DNA from: an uncultured Candidatus Rokubacteria bacterium
Lineage (GTDB): Bacteria > Methylomirabilota > Methylomirabilia > Rokubacteriales > CSP1-6
Reading direction: 5' to 3'
Assembly (NCBI GenBank): GCA_963762145.1
Contig: CAVXJS010000022.1
Coordinates: forward strand, 1 to 64,000
DNA length: 64,000 bases
This document shows positions 42,768 through 56,463 of the stretch, one piece after another. A model generated the notes under the pieces. The model had not been told where the DNA came from. It searched no databases and was given only the letters and a program-made list of their open reading frames with translations. Made by a program: the position numbers and the translations under genes. Positions within the stretch are counted from its first letter, which is position 1; the number at the start of each line of letters is the position of its first letter.

Positions 42768-42843
42768 GGGGCTGTAGCTCAGTTGGGAGAGCACAAGGCT
42801 GGCAGTCTTGGGGTCAGGGGTTCGAGCCCCCTCAGCTCCACCA
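42768..42843 (+). tRNA. tRNA-Ala(GGC)
   Basis: GGGGCTGTAGCTCAGTTGGGAGAGCACAAGGCTGGCAGTCTTGGGGTCAGGGGTTCGAGCCCCCTCAGCTCCACCA; G3:U70. Confidence 0.96.
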
Positions 42844-42864
42844 AAAATTCCGCGATTCGGGGAA

Positions 42865-42902
42865 ACGGGGCAGGCGAGCCGTCAAGGCATCGCCTGCCCC
42901 GT
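42865..42902. terminator. Long hairpin between convergent tRNA-Ala and ThDP gene
   Basis: ACGGGGCAGGCGA...TCGCCTGCCCCGT, 13-bp stem. Confidence 0.65.
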
Positions 42903-42918
42903 AGTCTTTCCGGTCACC

Positions 42919-44564
42919 CTACCGCAGCACCCCGCGGTTCGAGAAGCGCGTCTCCTGGCTGGTGATGAACTCGAGCAGCGCCGCCTGCCCGCCCTCGGTG
43001 GCCTCCGGGCCCGGGCGAACGCGCCCGCGATGTCCTCGGGCCGCTCGACCCGCTCGCTCCAGCCGCCCATGGCGCGCCCCAGGTCCGCGTAGCGGCCGCC
43101 GATGTCGCGCGTGCCGTACTTGTCGTGGGACACCACGAGGTGCGGGATCTCGATGGCCATCGCCGAGTTGTTGAGCACCACGGTCAGAATGGGGATCCCG
43201 CAGCGCACCGCCGTCTCGAAATCGAGCCCGGTCATGCCGAAGGCGGCGTCGCCCATGAAGTTGACGCAGAACTTGTCGGGGGCGGCGAGCTTGGCGCCGA
43301 TGATGAGGCCGAGCCCGGTGCCGAGGGCGTGCGACTTGCCCCAGCCGAGGTAGCCGCGGGGCGAGACGGCGCGGTAGAAGGGCAGGAGCTGGTCGCGCGG
43401 GCTTCCCGAGTCGTGCGTGACGATCGCTTCACGCGGGTTCACGGCGCGCATGAACTCGGCGATGACCCGATAGGGGGTCATCGGGACCTCGGCCGAGCCC
43501 AGCGTCGGCGCCCATTCGCCGAGCCACGCCGCGCGCACGCGCTCGAGCTCCGCGCGCACCCCTTCCCGGCCGGCCGGGCGGCCGCCCTGGCTCTTGACCG
43601 CCTCGATGAACTGGCGCAGCACGAGGCGGGCGTCGCCCAGGAGCGGGTAGTCCGCGACGTAGCTCTTGTTGAGATCGCGCTCGTCGTTGGTCGCGTGGAT
43701 GAGCGTCTTGCCGGCGGGGATGGCCGTCGCCATGCCGTGCCGGGTGAAGCTGCACCCGATGCCGAAGACCACGTCCGCCTCGCGGAGATACTGCAGCGTG
43801 TGCCCGGTCACGACCGGACCGCCCGTCCCGAGCGCGAGCGCGTGATCCTCCGGGAAGGCGCTCTTGCCCTCGAGCGTGACCATGACCGGCGCCTGGAGCA
43901 GCTCGGCCAGCTCGAGCAGGTCATCCGATGCCTCCGAGTACAGCACCCCCTGGCCGGCGTGGATCACCGGGCGGCGCGCCTCCCGGAGCACGCGGGCGGC
44001 CGTCTCGACTTCTCGCGCGTTCGCGCCCGCGGCGGTCACCTTGACCGGCCGGTACGCCTCGATGATGGCGTCCGGCACCTCCTCGTTCACGACGTCGGCG
44101 GGAATCTCGACCATCGCGGGACCCGGACGGCCCATCCGCATCACGCTGATGGCGCGGCGCATGACGTCGGCGACCTGGCTACCCACCGTGATGGTCTCGA
44201 CCGACTTGGTCACCGACGCGAAGGTCCGAGCCGAGCTGAACAGGGGGAAGACCTGGGCCCGGTCACGCTGATGGCCGAGCGGCAGCAGCAGCATCGGCGT
44301 GGAGTCGGAGTACGCGGTCGCGACGCCGGGGAAGGCGTTCTCGGCCCCGGGGCCATATTGCATGCAAAACGCGGCGAGCGTCTTGCCATTCTTGACCCGG
44401 GCATAGCCGTCGGCGATGCCGACGCCCACCCGCTCCTGGCGGCAGAGCACGGGGCGGATCTCGGCCTTGGCCGCGGCCTCGATCAGCGGCGTCGTCGGAT
44501 AGGCGCTCAGGAACTCGGCGCCCTCGGTCTTGAGGATGCGGGCGATGGCATCGATGACTTTCAC
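42919..44564 (-). CDS. Thiamine-diphosphate-dependent enzyme (acetolactate synthase-like)
   Basis: RQERVGVGIADGYAR, GPGAEN, GDAAFGM...VLNN. Confidence 0.88.
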
Positions 44565-45475
44565 GGCGGGCTCTCCTTGTCGTCACTCTCCCGCTGACGG
44601 CGCAGGAAGTCCTCGACGTCTCGCATCAGCCGGTCCGAGTCGAGCTCGCCAGCGGGCAGCGGTGGCTGCTCCTCGCCCACCGCGGCGTCGTACTCCTGCT
44701 CCAGCTTCCGCACGTGCTCTCGGGTGGCGCGGTCCCGAGCGACCGCCTGATCGCACTGGACGCGGAACTCCTGGATGGCCTCGGCGAAATGCGACATGTC
44801 CGGGCTCAGGTTGAGCAAGCGGGCCGTGTAGGCCACCAGGGTCTCGATCGCGGCCGGATTCTCGGAATCCGGGAGGTAGTGCGGCGCTTGCCCCATGAAG
44901 CCGACATGCTGCATGCCCTGTCGCTCCGCCGCGTCCAGGATGACCGTGGTGATACCGGTCGGGCCTTCGTAGGTTGGCGGACGATAGATGCCCCAGGCTT
45001 CGAGCATCTCCTTTGCGGCGGGGTCGGTGCAGCGAGCCGTGACCCGCACGGGTCGCGTATGAGGCGCGCCCGCCAGGAGGGCTCCGAGCGAGACGATCCG
45101 CTTCACCCCGCAGCGCTCGGCCACGTCGAGGAACGCCTTCGTGTAGGTCTGCCACCGCTGGTGGGGCTCCGGGCCGCAGAACAGGAGGAGACCGTCCCGT
45201 TCGTCTCCGGGATGCCACGCAAAGAACTCGCTGCGTGGCCAGTGGAGGTCGCGCCCTCCGTCGGGCCTCAACCGCACCTCGGGCCGCTCCTGGGTGAACA
45301 CGAAGAACTCCTCGGGGTTGATCCGCGCCAGCCGCGAGGCCGGGAGGTCACGGACCAGGTGACGCAAGGCGCCCGTAGCCGCCCGGCCGGCGTCGATCCA
45401 TCCCCCGAACGCCATGACCATCGTGGTCAAGTTGGCGGCCGGCGCGCCGTCGAACTCTACGTTGTCCATGCGCAT
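44561..45475 (-). CDS. PAC2 (proteasome assembly chaperone-like) family protein
   Basis: AFGGWIDAG, GPEPHQRW, LLAGAPHTRP, YEGPTG, PHY. Confidence 0.85.
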   Translation of the reverse strand: MRMDNVEFDGAPAANLTTMVMAFGGWIDAGRAATGALRHLVRDLPASRLARINPEEFFVFTQERPEVRLRPDGGRDLHWPRSEFFAWHPGDERDGLLLFCGPEPHQRWQTYTKAFLDVAERCGVKRIVSLGALLAGAPHTRPVRVTARCTDPAAKEMLEAWGIYRPPTYEGPTGITTVILDAAERQGMQHVGFMGQAPHYLPDSENPAAIETLVAYTARLLNLSPDMSHFAEAIQEFRVQCDQAVARDRATREHVRKLEQEYDAAVGEEQPPLPAGELDSDRLMRDVEDFLRRQRESDDKESPP

Positions 45476-45660
45476 CCTCTCGGCGGGACCGACTGTCGCA
45501 TCTGCCGCGCATGATAGCGGGGCCGTGGAGGGCGCACAAGGTCAAGCGCTTCACCTTGACGTTTCCTCCCGCGCGCGTCACGCTCACGTGATCCGGAGGT
45601 GGCGCCGCCGTGCTAGCCTCGCAGGGCGCTCAGGCGCGTCATCACCGGCAGGAGGTGCCC

Positions 45661-48241
<2,581 letters not shown>

Positions 48242-48244
48242 GCG

Positions 48245-49640
48245 ATGCCCTACGACTTCGATCTGATCTGCATCGGAAGCGGCCCCGCCGGCCAGCGCGC
48301 CGCGGTGCAGGCGTCCAAGCTCGGCCGCCGGGCCGCCGTCGTCGAGAAGCGGCGGTGCGTGGGGGGCGCGTGCATCGACACCGGCACCATCCCGAGCAAG
48401 ACCCTGCGAGAGGCGGTGGTGACGTTCTCGGGCCTGGCGGGAAAGGGCGACCGCCTGCCGTGGGCGCGCCTCGACACGCGCCCGACCTGCCAGCAGCTCT
48501 TCGCGGGGGTGGACAGCGTGATCGCCCGCGAGGTCGAGGTGATCGAGAGCCAGCTCCGGCGGAACGACGTCACCATCCTGTCCGGGACGGCGTCGTTCGT
48601 CGATCCGCACACCCTGGCGATCGACGCCGGTGACAGCCGGCGGCAGGTCACCGCCGAGCACATCCTGATCGCGGTCGGCACCGAGCCCGCGCCCTCGCCG
48701 GGCGTCAAGCGCGACGGCGAGGTGATCCTCGACACCGACGACATGGTCCGCCTGAAGCAGCTCCCGCGCACGATGTGTGTGGTGGGCGCGGGGGTGATCG
48801 GCATCGAGTACACGTCGATCCTCGCCGCCCTCGGGGTGGCGGTGACGCTGGTGGAGCGGCGGGACCGGCCGCTCGAGTTCCTCGACCGCGAGATCGTGGA
48901 CGAGCTGCTCCACCAGATGCGCAGCCGGAACGTGACGCTTCGCCTAGGCGAGGCGGTGGAGCACATCGACCTCGCGGAAGGCCCGCCGAGGAAGGCGGTC
49001 CTCACCCTCGAATCGGGCAAGCGGATCGTCTCGGACTCGGTCCTCTTCTCGGCCGGCCGCCTCGCAGCCACCGAGGCCCTGAACCTGGGGGCCGCGGGCC
49101 TCGAGGCCGACGAGCGCGGGCGGGTGCGCGTGGATGCGCGCTTCCGCACCGCGGTGCCCCACGTCTTCGCGGCGGGAGACGTGATCGGCTACCCGAGCCT
49201 CGCCGCGACCTCGTCCGAGCAGGGTCGCCTGGCCGCCTGCGCGGCGTTCGGCGTCGACGCGGGCCCGATGGCGGCGCATTTCCCCATCGGCATCTACGCG
49301 ATCCCCGAGATCTCGATGGTGGGCGCCCCCGAGCACGAGCTGACCAAGCAGAGGATCCCCTACGAGGTGGGCGTGGCCCGGTACCGCGAGATCGCGCGTG
49401 GTCAGATCCTGGGCGACCACGCCGGCATGTTCAAGATGCTGTTCCACCGCGAGGACCGCCGCCTCCTCGGAGTGCACTGCATCGGCACCGGTGCCACCGA
49501 GCTGATCCACATCGGCCAGGCCGTGCTCGGCCTGGGCGGCGGGATTGGACTATTTCCTGAGCACGGTCTTCAACTATCCGACCCTCGCCGAGTGCTACAA
49601 GGTGGCGGCGCTCGACGCCTCGAACCGGCTGCGATTCTGA
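48245..49640 (+). CDS. sthA: Soluble pyridine nucleotide transhydrogenase
   Basis: [19 protein letters not shown] (single Cys), [29 protein letters not shown]. Confidence 0.9.
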
Positions 49641-49650
49641 GGGCGCGCGG

Positions 49651-50475
49651 TCAGCCCTGCATGAAGCCGGAGAGGTCCGCGGAGCTGACCCCCCGGTCCA
49701 CGTAGCCGAAGGTGCCGCCCTCCTTCACCTCGCGCGCCGCCTCGATGAGGCCGCTCATGGCGGTGCGATAGAGCGAGGTCGCGAGGCTGATCCGCTTCAC
49801 GCCCGCCGCGGTCAGCTCGGTCGCGGTGAACGACTTGCCCTTGATGCCCACCATGAAGTTGACCGGCTTCTTGACCGCGGCGCAGACCGCGCGGACCGCG
49901 GCCAGGTCGGGCAGGCCCGGCGCCATGAGCACGTCCGCGCCCGCCTGCTCGAACGCCTGCAGCCGGCGGATCACGTCGTCCAGGTTCGGGTTGCCCCGCA
50001 GGAAGCTCTCGGTGCGCGCGGTCAGCGTGAAGGGAAAGCCGAGCGAGCGCGCCGTCGCCACCGCGGCGGCCACCCGCTCGGTGGCGACCGCGGCGTCGAA
50101 GAGCGGCTTGTCCTTGTTGCCGGTGGCGTCCTCGATGGAGCCGCCCACCAGGCCCACCGAGGCGGCGAGCCGGATGGTCTCGGCCGCCTCGGCCGGCGCG
50201 TCCGCGAAGCACTTCTCGAGATCGGCGCTCACCGGGAGGTCGGTCGCCTCCACGATGGCGCGGCAGTGCGCGAGCGCCTCCGCGCGCGTCACCTTGCCGT
50301 CGCGGCGGCCGAGCGTGCCGGCCTCGGCGCCGCTGGAGGTGGCGAGCGCCTGGAAGCCGAGCGCGGCGAGGATGCGCGCCGAGCCGGCGTCCCAGGGATT
50401 CGGTATCACGAACGCGCCCGGCGCCTCGTGCAGCGCGCGGAACCGGGCCGCCTTGTCGCTCTGGCTCACGGGCAT
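49651..50475 (-). CDS. Isocitrate lyase/PEP mutase family protein
   Basis: PNPWDAGSA, ATSS, PVSADLE, GSIED, AGAD. Confidence 0.88.
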   Translation of the reverse strand: MPVSQSDKAARFRALHEAPGAFVIPNPWDAGSARILAALGFQALATSSGAEAGTLGRRDGKVTRAEALAHCRAIVEATDLPVSADLEKCFADAPAEAAETIRLAASVGLVGGSIEDATGNKDKPLFDAAVATERVAAAVATARSLGFPFTLTARTESFLRGNPNLDDVIRRLQAFEQAGADVLMAPGLPDLAAVRAVCAAVKKPVNFMVGIKGKSFTATELTAAGVKRISLATSLYRTAMSGLIEAAREVKEGGTFGYVDRGVSSADLSGFMQG

Positions 50476-50485
50476 GGGCTCTCCT

Positions 50486-51049
50486 CTACGACTTCTTGCG
50501 CGGGGGAACGACCCAGTAGTAGACGGTGTGCTCACCGTCGGACAGGTGGAGCTTGATGGTCTTCTCCGGCTTCCAGTCTTCCATGTCGTAGTTGTGCGAG
50601 ACGATCCGGGTCCCGGGCCGTAGGGCGAGCAGCTTCGGGCGCAGCTTCATGTTCACCGCGGGCAGCAGGTAGAGGGTCACCACGGTGGCGTCGCTGATTT
50701 CCGCCTCGAAGATGTCGCCCTCCACGAACTTTGCGAGCTGGCTCACTCCCGCCTTCTCCGCGTTCTCGCGGGCCTCGCGGACCAGCGCGGGGACCAGCTC
50801 GATCCCGGTGCCGCGCGTCCCGAACTTCTTGGCCGCGGTGATCACGATCCGCCCGTCTCCCGAGCCCAGGTCGTAGAGCACGTCGGCCTTCTTGACGTTC
50901 GCGACCTTCAGCATCTCGGCCACCACCTTCTCGTGGGTGGGCACGTAGGGAACGTCCGGCGTCTTCTCGGCCGGGGTCTGGGCGGTCGCGGTGACGACCG
51001 CGGCGAGGATCAGGGCGAGGAACGGCACGGGGAAATGAGTGATCCGCAT
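50486..51049 (-). CDS. SAM-dependent methyltransferase with signal peptide
   Basis: DVPYVPT, YDLGSGDGRI, VVTLYLL, GTRIVSH. Confidence 0.85.
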   Translation of the reverse strand: MRITHFPVPFLALILAAVVTATAQTPAEKTPDVPYVPTHEKVVAEMLKVANVKKADVLYDLGSGDGRIVITAAKKFGTRGTGIELVPALVREARENAEKAGVSQLAKFVEGDIFEAEISDATVVTLYLLPAVNMKLRPKLLALRPGTRIVSHNYDMEDWKPEKTIKLHLSDGEHTVYYWVVPPRKKS

Positions 51050-51050
51050 G

Positions 51051-52420
51051 TCAGTCGTCTCCTTTTATGTCCGGCTGGGTGATGGCGGCTCGTCCCATCA
51101 AGACGAGGACGAGCGCGCCGGCCGCCACCACCGCCACCCCCACGATCGAGCCCGTCCCGCTATAGACGAGGCTGGCGTAGAGCAGATAGGCGCAGGTGGC
51201 GCAGAACACGAGCGGCGTGATCGGATAGAGGGGCACCGTGAACGGCCGCGCCACGTCCGGCTCCCGGCGCCGCAGCACGAGCAGCGAGACGCCGGTGAGG
51301 AGGAAGAACAGCCAGAACACGGGCGCGGTGAACTCCACCATGGTCTCGAACCCCTCGCGCATGAATCCGCCGAGGAGGATCAGGGCGAGGGCGAGCGCTC
51401 CCTGGACCACGAGCGCGTTGACCGGCGTCCCCGACCGGCGATGCCAGCGGCCGAGAAAGGCGAGCGGCCGGAAGTCCCGTCCGAGGGCGTAGGCGGTGCG
51501 GGCGCCGGTGAACACCGCCGCGTTCACCGAGGTGGCGGCCGCGACCGCGATCAGCACGCTGACCACCCACGCGCTCCCCGCCCCGACCGCGCGCGCCAGG
51601 AGATCGGCGGCCACCGTCTTGGACTCCGCCACGCCCGGCGAGCCCGAGGCCGCGCAGGTACGCCACGTTCACGAGCAGGTAGAGCGCGGTGATCGCCACG
51701 ATGCCCCACACCAGGGCCCGGACGATGCTTCCCCGGGGCCCGCGGATCTCCGCGGAGGCGTAGGCCGCCTCGTTCCATCCCCCGTAGGTGAGCAGTACGA
51801 AGACCATCATGAGCCCGAATCCCTGGCCGGAGGCCGCGGCCGGTCGGAGCCGTGGGCGGCGAGGACGGCGGTGTCGAGCACGAACCCCGCGGCGATCACG
51901 AGGAGCAAGCCCGCGACCTCGGCGCCGGTGAGCACATTCTGGATGAGCCGTCCCTGGCGGACGCCGACGACGTGGACTCCGGTGATGAGCGCGACGGTGA
52001 GCGCCGCGTAGACGGTCGGCGAGGACGGCGCCGAGCGGCGCGAGCTGGGTGGCGTAGTCGCCGATGACGAAGGCGAGCAGCGCGATGGACCCGGTCTGGA
52101 TCACGGTGATGCGCGCCCACGCGAAGAGAAAGGCCAGGCGCATGCCGAAGGCGCGCGCCAGATAGTGATAGTCCCCACCCGGGCTCGGATAGGCCGAGGC
52201 CAGCTCCGCGTAGCAGAGCGCGCCGATGAGCGAGATCGCGCCACCCACCGCCCAGGCGCCGAGCGCCGCCGCCTCGCTCGGTCGCGTTGGCCGCGACCAG
52301 GGACGGGGTCCGGAAGATGCCCGCGCCCACGACCGTGCCCACGATGATCGCCACGACGTCGATCACACGGAGCGTCGGACGATAGGTGGGGTCCCGGCGG
52401 GCGGCCAGCATGATCGGCAT
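51051..52420 (-). CDS. APC-family amino acid permease, frameshifted
   Basis: GTVVGAGIFRTP, GALCYAEL, YGGWNE, RPFTVPLYP. Confidence 0.88.
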
Positions 52421-52511
52421 AGCTTATACCGGAACGCGGCGACCGCAACGAGTGCCCTGTCCGAGATTCTGGACATTGTGCCGGCCCCGCGCGCCCCCCT
52501 ACGATCCGCCC

Positions 52512-52766
52512 ATGATCAAGACGGGGCGCGTCGAGTTCTACGACCGGCCCACCGCGTGGGGCCTGATCGTCGGCGACGATCAGGATCTCTACGTAGTCCG
52601 GGGCCGGGACGGGCGCGGGGCGGCGCCCCGGGTCGGCGAGCGGGTAGCGTTCGAGCCGCAGGCGGGCACCGACGGTAAGCGCGCGACGGAGGTACGGCTG
52701 GTGGGGCGCGGCCTCACGCCGCTCGGGCGCGAGTCCGCGCCGGCCGGGGTCAGGCCCCTCCGATGA
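52512..52766 (+). CDS. Degenerate cold-shock-domain-like small protein
   Basis: KTGRVEFYD...WGLI...GERVAFE...GKRATEV. Confidence 0.55.
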   Translation: MIKTGRVEFYDRPTAWGLIVGDDQDLYVVRGRDGRGAAPRVGERVAFEPQAGTDGKRATEVRLVGRGLTPLGRESAPAGVRPLR

Positions 52767-55700
52767 TCTCCGGAACGACCGCGAACCCGCGCGTGCGGAT
52801 GGACTCGTCCACGCGGAACTGGCGCCGCCGGTCGGCGGATCGCCGCTCGCCGTCGGTGGCCTCCGCGCGCTCCCGCCGCTCGCCGTGACGCCGGTCGAGG
52901 ATCACGGTGACCGGCTCGCCCGCGTACTCGCGCTTGAGATAGTCGTAGAGCTGGATGTTGTGGCGCGCCACCACGAACAGGTGACCGAGATGCAGCAGCT
53001 CCTCGGCGGCCCGCGACAGCCAGAAGCGCATGTCCATCTCGCGCAGCAGGCCGAGCGCGGTGGCCAGGTGATCCTCCGCGCGCTCGCGGTCGCCCGACAG
53101 GCGCAGGATCCGCCCCAGCCCCAGGTGGGTGCGCGCCTGCAGCGGGCGCATCTCGAGCTCCTCGGCCACGCCGGAGCGCCTGGCCGTAGTAGCCTTCCGC
53201 CTCGCCCACCGCGGTCGGGTCGCTCAGCGCGGCGAGCTCGCCCATCAGCCGCAGCGCGCCGGCCTGGTGGCCGCGCTCCTTGTGCCGCAGCGCCAGGTCG
53301 AGCGCGCGCTGGGCCACGGTCCGGGCCCGGTCGAGCTGCCCGGCGGCGGCCAGGCCCTCGCCCAGGTTCGTGGTCCAGAGCGCGAGGTAGGCACGCACGC
53401 CGAGCTCTTCGGTCAGCGTCACCCCGTCCTCGAGCAGGCGCATGCCTTCCTCGCGCCGGCCGAGCAGCACGAGCGTGAGGCCCAGGAGCGAGGAGGGGAT
53501 CGGCCGCCAGACGTCGAGGCTCTTCTCGCGGCAGGCGTCGAGGCTCCGCTGCAGCGCGGGCAGCGCGCGCTCGAGCTGGCCGCGGCGGAGCCAGGCCAGC
53601 CCGGCCATGGTCCGCGCGATGGTCTGGCGTGTACGCGTGGCCGCTCGCCTCGCCGGCGCGCTGCGCCTTGTCGAGGGACAGGGCGGCGGCGTCGAACTCG
53701 CCGATCTCGGCCAGGGTGAAGGCGAGCCAGCCGCTCGAGGTGACGTAGGAGACGCCGGCCTGCCCGCCCGGGGTCTCGCCCTGCACCAGCTCGAGCGCCT
53801 CCACGTTCTCGCGCAGGGTCGAGTGCGCGCGACGGTACAGGCCCTGCGCGTGGCAGCTGTAGCCCAGGTAGCTGCGGGCCAGCGCCTGCAGCGCCGCGTC
53901 GCCGGCCGCGTCGCCGATGCGCAGGCAGCGCTCGCCGTACTCGATGGCCAGGTCGGGCTCGCCCTTGAGGTAGTGGTAGTTGATCAGGTAGGTGTACACG
54001 CGCGCCAGCCGCTGCTCGTCGCCGAGCTTCTCGGCCATCGCCTCCGCTTCCTGCGAGAGCGTCAGCACGCGCTCGAGCTGGCCGAGCTGGAGGAGCGGCG
54101 AGCGCAGGTCCAGGCGCAGGTCGATCGCCTGCTCGGTGGCGGGCCGGCCCTCGGGCAGCCGGCCGAGCGCCGCCATCGCCTGCTCGAAGAAGATGACCGC
54201 CTCGCGATTGGCGGAGCGCGCCGCCGCCTTGGTCCCGGCCTGGCGGAGGTAGGCCACCGCCTTCGTCCACACCTCGCCGCGCACCGCGTGGTGGGCGAGG
54301 CGCTCGAAGTGCTCGGGCAGCCGGTCCGCGTAGAGGTGCTCCATCGCCTGCACCACGCGACCGTGCAGGGCCCGCCGGCGATCCTGCAGCAGGCTCGAGT
54401 AGGCCACCTCGTGGGTCAGGGCGTGGCGGAAGGTGTACTCCACGCTCGGGAACAGGCTGATCTCGTACAGGAACTCGCCGGCCTGGAGCAGGCTCAGGTT
54501 GCGGCGCACCGTCTCCTCCGAGAGGTCGGCGATCTCCTGCAGCAGCGCCAGCGACACGTCCTTGCCGATGACCGCGGCGGCCTGCAGCAGCCGCTTGCTC
54601 TCGATGGGGAGGCGGTCGATGCGCGCGGCGAGCACCGCCTGCACGGTGGCCGGCACCTGGACCTTCTGCACCTCGCGGGTCAGGCGGTAGTGCCCGGGCG
54701 TGCCCGCGAGCACCTTGGTCTCGGCCAGCGTGCGCACGCTCTCCTCGATGAAGAACGGGTTGCCCTCGGTCCGCTCGATCAGGAGCTGCTTGAGCGGGCC
54801 CAGGCCGGGGTCGTCGCCCATCAGCGCGCGCAGCAGCTCCTCCGAGCTCTGGGGCGGGAGCGGGTCGATCCGGAACTGGGTGTAGTAGCTCTTGCGCGCC
54901 CACCCGTGCTGGTACTCGGGGCGGTAGCTCACGAGCACGAGCGCGCGGGCCAGCGGCAGGCTGTCCACGAGGCTGTCGAGGAAGGCCTGGCTCTCCGAGT
55001 CCAGCCAGTGGAGGTTCTCGAACACCAGGAGCACCGGCTGCACCTGGCCCTCCCGGAGAATGAGCCGCTTGACCGCGTCGAGCATGCGCTGGCGGCGCTG
55101 CGGCAGGTCCGGGGTCTGCCACTCCGCGTCGTCGACCGGCACGTCGAGGAGCTGGAGGAACGCGGGCAGGGTGGGCCGCAGGCTCTCGTCGAGCGTCAGG
55201 AGCTTGCCGGTGACTTTCTCGCGAACCCGCCGGACGTCGTCGCGCTCCTCGAGGTGGAAGTAGTTCTGGAGGAGCTCCTTGACCGTGCAGGTAGGAGGTG
55301 TTCTTGCCGTAGGAGGTGGCCTGCGCCTCCATCATGAGCCAGCCGTGCGCGCGATGGGAGTGGGTGAACTCCCAGAACAGGCGCGACTTGCCCACCCCCG
55401 GCTCGCCCGACACCGCCACCACCTGGCCGTGGCCGGCCGCGCGCGCGCGCCATCGCCTGGTGGAGCGCGTCCACCTCGGCCTCGCGGCCCACGAACGGCG
55501 TGAGGCCGCGCGCGGCGCTGGCCTGCAGGCGCGAGTGCACCTGCTCGGAGCGGACCAGCTCGAAGACCTCGACCGGCTCCGGCATGCCCTTCACCGGCAC
55601 CGGCCCGAGCGGCCTTGACCTCCACGTAGCCCTCGGCCAGCCGGAGCGTCTCGCGCGAGATCAGCGATCGAGCCGGGACGCGCGAGCTGCTCCATGCGCG

Positions 55701-56347
55701 CGGCCAGGTGCGTGGTCTGGCCGATGGCCGAGTAGTCCATGTGCAGGTCGCTGTCGATGGCGCGCACGACGACCTCGCCCGAGTTGAGGCCGACGCGGAT
55801 CTGCACGTCGACGCCGCGGCCGCGGCGCAGCTCCTCGGCGTACCAGCCGACCGTCTGCTGCATGCGGAGCGCGGCGTAACAGGCGCGCACCGCGTGGTCC
55901 TCGTGGGCGAGCGGCGCGCCGAAGAGCGCCATGATCCCGTCGCCCATGACCTGGTTCACGGTGCCCTCGTAGCGGTGCACCGCCTCCATCATGCGCTCGA
56001 GCACCGGGATCCAGCAGCTGCCGGGCCTCCTCCGGGTCGCGGTCGGCCAGGAGCTCCATCGAGCCCTTGAGGTCGGCGAAGAGCACCGTGACCTGCTTGC
56101 GCTCGCCTTCGAGCGCGTGCCGCGAGGTCAGGATCTTCTCGGCGAGGTGCTTCGGGGTGTAGCCCTGCGGGGAAGGCTGGCGCTCCACCGGCTCCGGGGT
56201 GGTCGGGGAGCCGCAGGAGCCGCAGAATCGCTTGTCCGGCAGCAGCTCCGCGCCGCAGCTCGGGCAGCTCGTCACCAGACGCGCGCCACACTCCTCACAG
56301 AACCGGACGCCCTCACGGTTCTGGGACTGGCAGCGGGGACACTTCAC
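52750..56347 (-). CDS. Double Zn-ribbon + class III nucleotide cyclase + STAND AAA ATPase + TPR protein, frameshifted
   Basis: CPRC..CEECG..CPSC..CGSCG; ERKQVTVLFADLKGS, GDGIMALFGAP, FVGREAE, GEPGVGKSRL, TEGNPFFIEE, FRHALTHEVAY. Confidence 0.9.
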
Positions 56348-56386
56348 CTAGCCCTCCTCGGGCGGCGACGCCAGGACGAATGCCCG

Positions 56387-56415
56387 AGATTAGCCCGTCC
56401 CCCGGTGGGGGTCAA
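56387..56415 (-). promoter_or_regulatory. sigma70 promoter of cyclase gene
   Basis: TTGACC-17 nt-TAATCT. Confidence 0.6.
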
Positions 56416-56463
56416 GGCCCTGGGGCCCCCGGGACGGGTTGTGCTTACTGGGTGGGGGCGGGA

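Noticed and set aside
42768-42902. Island insertion at tRNA-Ala
   Set aside because: The tRNA is followed directly by a hairpin and a host-like gene, with no duplicated 3' end or integrase.
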